Of a stretch of DNA of 64,000 nt, positions 61,800 to 64,000 are shown one piece after another. Numbering within the stretch: position 1 is the first letter of the stretch; each line of letters starts with the position of its first letter. This DNA comes from Campylobacterota bacterium (GTDB lineage Bacteria > Campylobacterota > Campylobacteria > Campylobacterales > Sulfurimonadaceae). The DNA lies in assembly GCA_034661055.1 (NCBI GenBank), contig JAYEKO010000015.1, positions 1 through 64,000 on the forward strand. Direction: 5' to 3'. A model generated the notes under the pieces. It saw nothing but the letters and a program-made list of their open reading frames with translations. It searched no databases and was not told the DNA's origin. The position numbers were made by a program, and so were the translations under genes.

Positions 61800-61816
61800 G
61801 CAAGTATATTGCAAGT
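61800..61816 (-). promoter_or_regulatory. direct repeat, candidate response-regulator box
   Basis: ACTTGC-N5-ACTTGC (11-bp period) just upstream of TAGGAT -10-like hexamer. Confidence 0.45.
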
Positions 61817-61830
61817 TTGTTAGTTGAATG

Positions 61831-62889
61831 TTAGTGTGTAACTAACGATGACATATCAAGTTTAAAGGTGGTTCCTTTTCCTACCTCTGATGTAACCTCA
61901 ATTTTTATTTTCATCTCACCACATAGTTTTTTGACAATGTGCAGGCCAATACCTATGCCACGCTGCTGCTCTTTGTAGAAGCGTTGAAAAATTTTATCGG
62001 GATTTTTAATACCTTTACCACTATCTTGTATTACAACTGTATTTCCAATAGCACCGACATGAACAAAACCGTGGCGCTTATTGTATTTTCCTGCGTTACT
62101 GAGCAGATTGTCAAAAATACGAATAAGTGCATCTTCGTTTGCAGAGATATTCATAAGTCCTATATCTAACTCATAGTGTATGTCTAAATAGATTTTCTGC
62201 ATCGCGTCAACACGATCTTTTAAAAGCTTTGAGAGTTCTATTGAGTCACTTTGAAGCTCATGGTTGACTATATAGCTCTTGAGATTATCTTGAAGAGAGA
62301 GAATAGTGGTAATATTTTGCTCAATCCTAGTCATTTTTTTATCAATAGATGGATCACTGTTTCTCTTTTTAATCATCTTCATATTGATTAGCATTGAAGC
62401 AATAGGCGTATTAAAGTCATGTAAAATATCTTTAATGAACTCTTCAGTAAGCAAAAGTGCGGAACGAAGTGGATGAAGAGATAAAAATGAGAAAAAGAGA
62501 GCAAGAATAGCAAGAGCCACTGAGACAGCCAGATAGATAAAAATCAGGTTTTTTTTAATCTCATTAACTTGAAGCTGATACTCTTCTTGGGGGTAAAAAA
62601 GCTTCATTAAGTAGTTCTCTGTTTTTGCAATATCATAAAAACTGTAGAGTCCACTCTCGTCTTTATAGAGCCTATAGGTATCTTGGCTAGTCTTATCTAA
62701 AAAGTCAAAATCAAACTGTACACATTTTAAATCATAGTTACATAGCTTCATCTCATTAAAGAGTCGATTATCGAGACTATCTATCTCTCTATCATAGTCA
62801 AGAGTAAAAATTATGCCTAAAAGAATTTCTAATGAGAAGAAAAAAAGCAAGAAGCTCTTTACAAGAGCTTCAATCTCAAACTTTTTCAA
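61831..62889 (-). CDS. sensor histidine kinase
   Basis: Two TM; ILHDFNTP, NLLSNAGKY, DSGKG, GIGIGL. Confidence 0.92.
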   Translation of the reverse strand: MKKFEIEALVKSFLLFFFSLEILLGIIFTLDYDREIDSLDNRLFNEMKLCNYDLKCVQFDFDFLDKTSQDTYRLYKDESGLYSFYDIAKTENYLMKLFYPQEEYQLQVNEIKKNLIFIYLAVSVALAILALFFSFLSLHPLRSALLLTEEFIKDILHDFNTPIASMLINMKMIKKRNSDPSIDKKMTRIEQNITTILSLQDNLKSYIVNHELQSDSIELSKLLKDRVDAMQKIYLDIHYELDIGLMNISANEDALIRIFDNLLSNAGKYNKRHGFVHVGAIGNTVVIQDSGKGIKNPDKIFQRFYKEQQRGIGIGLHIVKKLCGEMKIKIEVTSEVGKGTTFKLDMSSLVTH

Positions 62890-63508
62890 TCATATATCCT
62901 ACGCCTCTGACATTGCGTATCTCAACTCCTAATCTACTTTTTAGTTTATTTACATGTACACGTAGCGACGCATCAGATGCAATATTTAGAAGATCTAAAA
63001 GCTGCTCTTTATCTATAACGTGATTAATATTTTGAATGAGAAGATCAAAAATTAGAAGCTGTGTCTCACTTAAGTTTGCCAGTTTTCCATCTTGATACAG
63101 CTCTTTTGTATTTGGTTCATATTCCAAGTTCATATAGCTGATTTTAGATGTTTTATGCATCACTTTTGATTTAACACGAATTAAAAGCTCGTCAGGGTCA
63201 AATGGCTTTTTAATATAGTCATCAGCTCCTACCTCAAAACCATGCGCCATGGAAGCTATGTCCACTAAAGCCGTCATAAAAATTGCAGGGGTGTCATCAT
63301 CAGCATCTCGTAAGCTTTTTAGAAGTTCAAAACCATCAATTTCAGGAACATTGACATCAAATATATAGAGTTTGTACTCATTATCGTAAGAGAGGTCTAA
63401 TGCTTCTTCGCCATCAAGCGCAACATCAACACTGTAGCCCTCATCTTCTAAAAGCTCCTGAAGCGTCTGAGCAAGTATCTGGTCATCTTCTAATAATAAA
63501 ATATCCAT
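62876..63508 (-). CDS. OmpR-type response regulator
   Basis: LLEDD, FDVNVP, GADDYIKKPF, NVRGVGY. Confidence 0.94.
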   Translation of the reverse strand: MDILLLEDDQILAQTLQELLEDEGYSVDVALDGEEALDLSYDNEYKLYIFDVNVPEIDGFELLKSLRDADDDTPAIFMTALVDIASMAHGFEVGADDYIKKPFDPDELLIRVKSKVMHKTSKISYMNLEYEPNTKELYQDGKLANLSETQLLIFDLLIQNINHVIDKEQLLDLLNIASDASLRVHVNKLKSRLGVEIRNVRGVGYMIEKV

Positions 63509-63600
63509 GATATCCCCTTTAATGCTAAATTATAGCAAAACTCTAGGGGGATTTTATTATAGAACCATAAAAGAAGCATTAAAAACAGACTTATGATACA

Positions 63601-64000
63601 CTAAAGCGCAATTACCTTAATAACATTTTCGTTATCTGAATTATCAAGAAGTATTTTTTCTACACGACGCTGCCACATTATTCCAAATTTTTTACGAGAC
63701 TCTTTCTCTCCAGCAATAGCTCTTCCCATCATCATCTGCATCTGTGAAGGATCGCCATCACCAGCAATACTGCTTGGGTCATAAACCACATCAACACTAG
63801 CACCTGTATCTACTCGCGTAAAACGTGCAGATGCATTAATTTTTGCATTGAAGTCCATTAATGAATGTCGTGCAAACTTACCGCCAAGTCCTTTGAAACC
63901 GGTAGTTTCAGTTGCTCCTGTAATGTTTGAAATAACATTACCTATAACACCTGTCACTCCTTCGTCAGAAGCTGAAGCAAATGCTACTTTTATCTCACCA
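63601..64000 (-). CDS. FmdE-like family protein (partial, 5' end outside window)
   Basis: Frame open to window edge; EGVTGVI..ITGA...GFKGLGGKF.R. Confidence 0.6.
   Translation of the reverse strand, partial: GEIKVAFASASDEGVTGVIGNVISNITGATETTGFKGLGGKFARHSLMDFNAKINASARFTRVDTGASVDVVYDPSSIAGDGDPSQMQMMMGRAIAGEKESRKKFGIMWQRRVEKILLDNSDNENVIKVIAL

Overview
AT-rich chromosomal segment of a Campylobacterota bacterium, Sulfurimonas-like judging by gene content and protein style (inference, no database search). It opens at the right end of a probable element integrated in tRNA-Ser (3' tRNA duplication at 470-492), followed by tRNA-Ala(GGC), a MazF/RHH toxin-antitoxin pair and an arsenic-resistance operon. 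Most of the rest is core genome: sigma54 flagellar hook genes (fliK-flgD-flgE-flgE), typA, mscS, a Suv3-like helicase, an anchor-less frdAB-like pair, a split class III ribonucleotide reductase, purT, galU-pgi-ugd, rpsU, dnaG, rlmN, hisF, rsmA, rnj, thyX and thrS-infC-rpmI-rplT. The strongest unexplained signals are: (1) the palindrome TACATGTA, found at least 28 times versus roughly 2-3 expected, in genes, promoters and hairpin pairs, like HIP1 or DNA-uptake sequences; (2) a ~185-nt G-U-supported, possibly switching RNA structure in the nrdD leader, directly downstream of a putative O2-sensing di-iron kinase/regulator pair; (3) an orphan N-terminal Cas9 fragment with no CRISPR array or cas1/cas2; (4) a TA-flanked 103-bp MITE with a second truncated copy; (5) several proteins with altered catalytic motifs (SPOR pseudo-kinase, Cys-less IscU-like protein, non-covalent-FAD fumarate reductase). 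All calls rest on motif recognition by eye.
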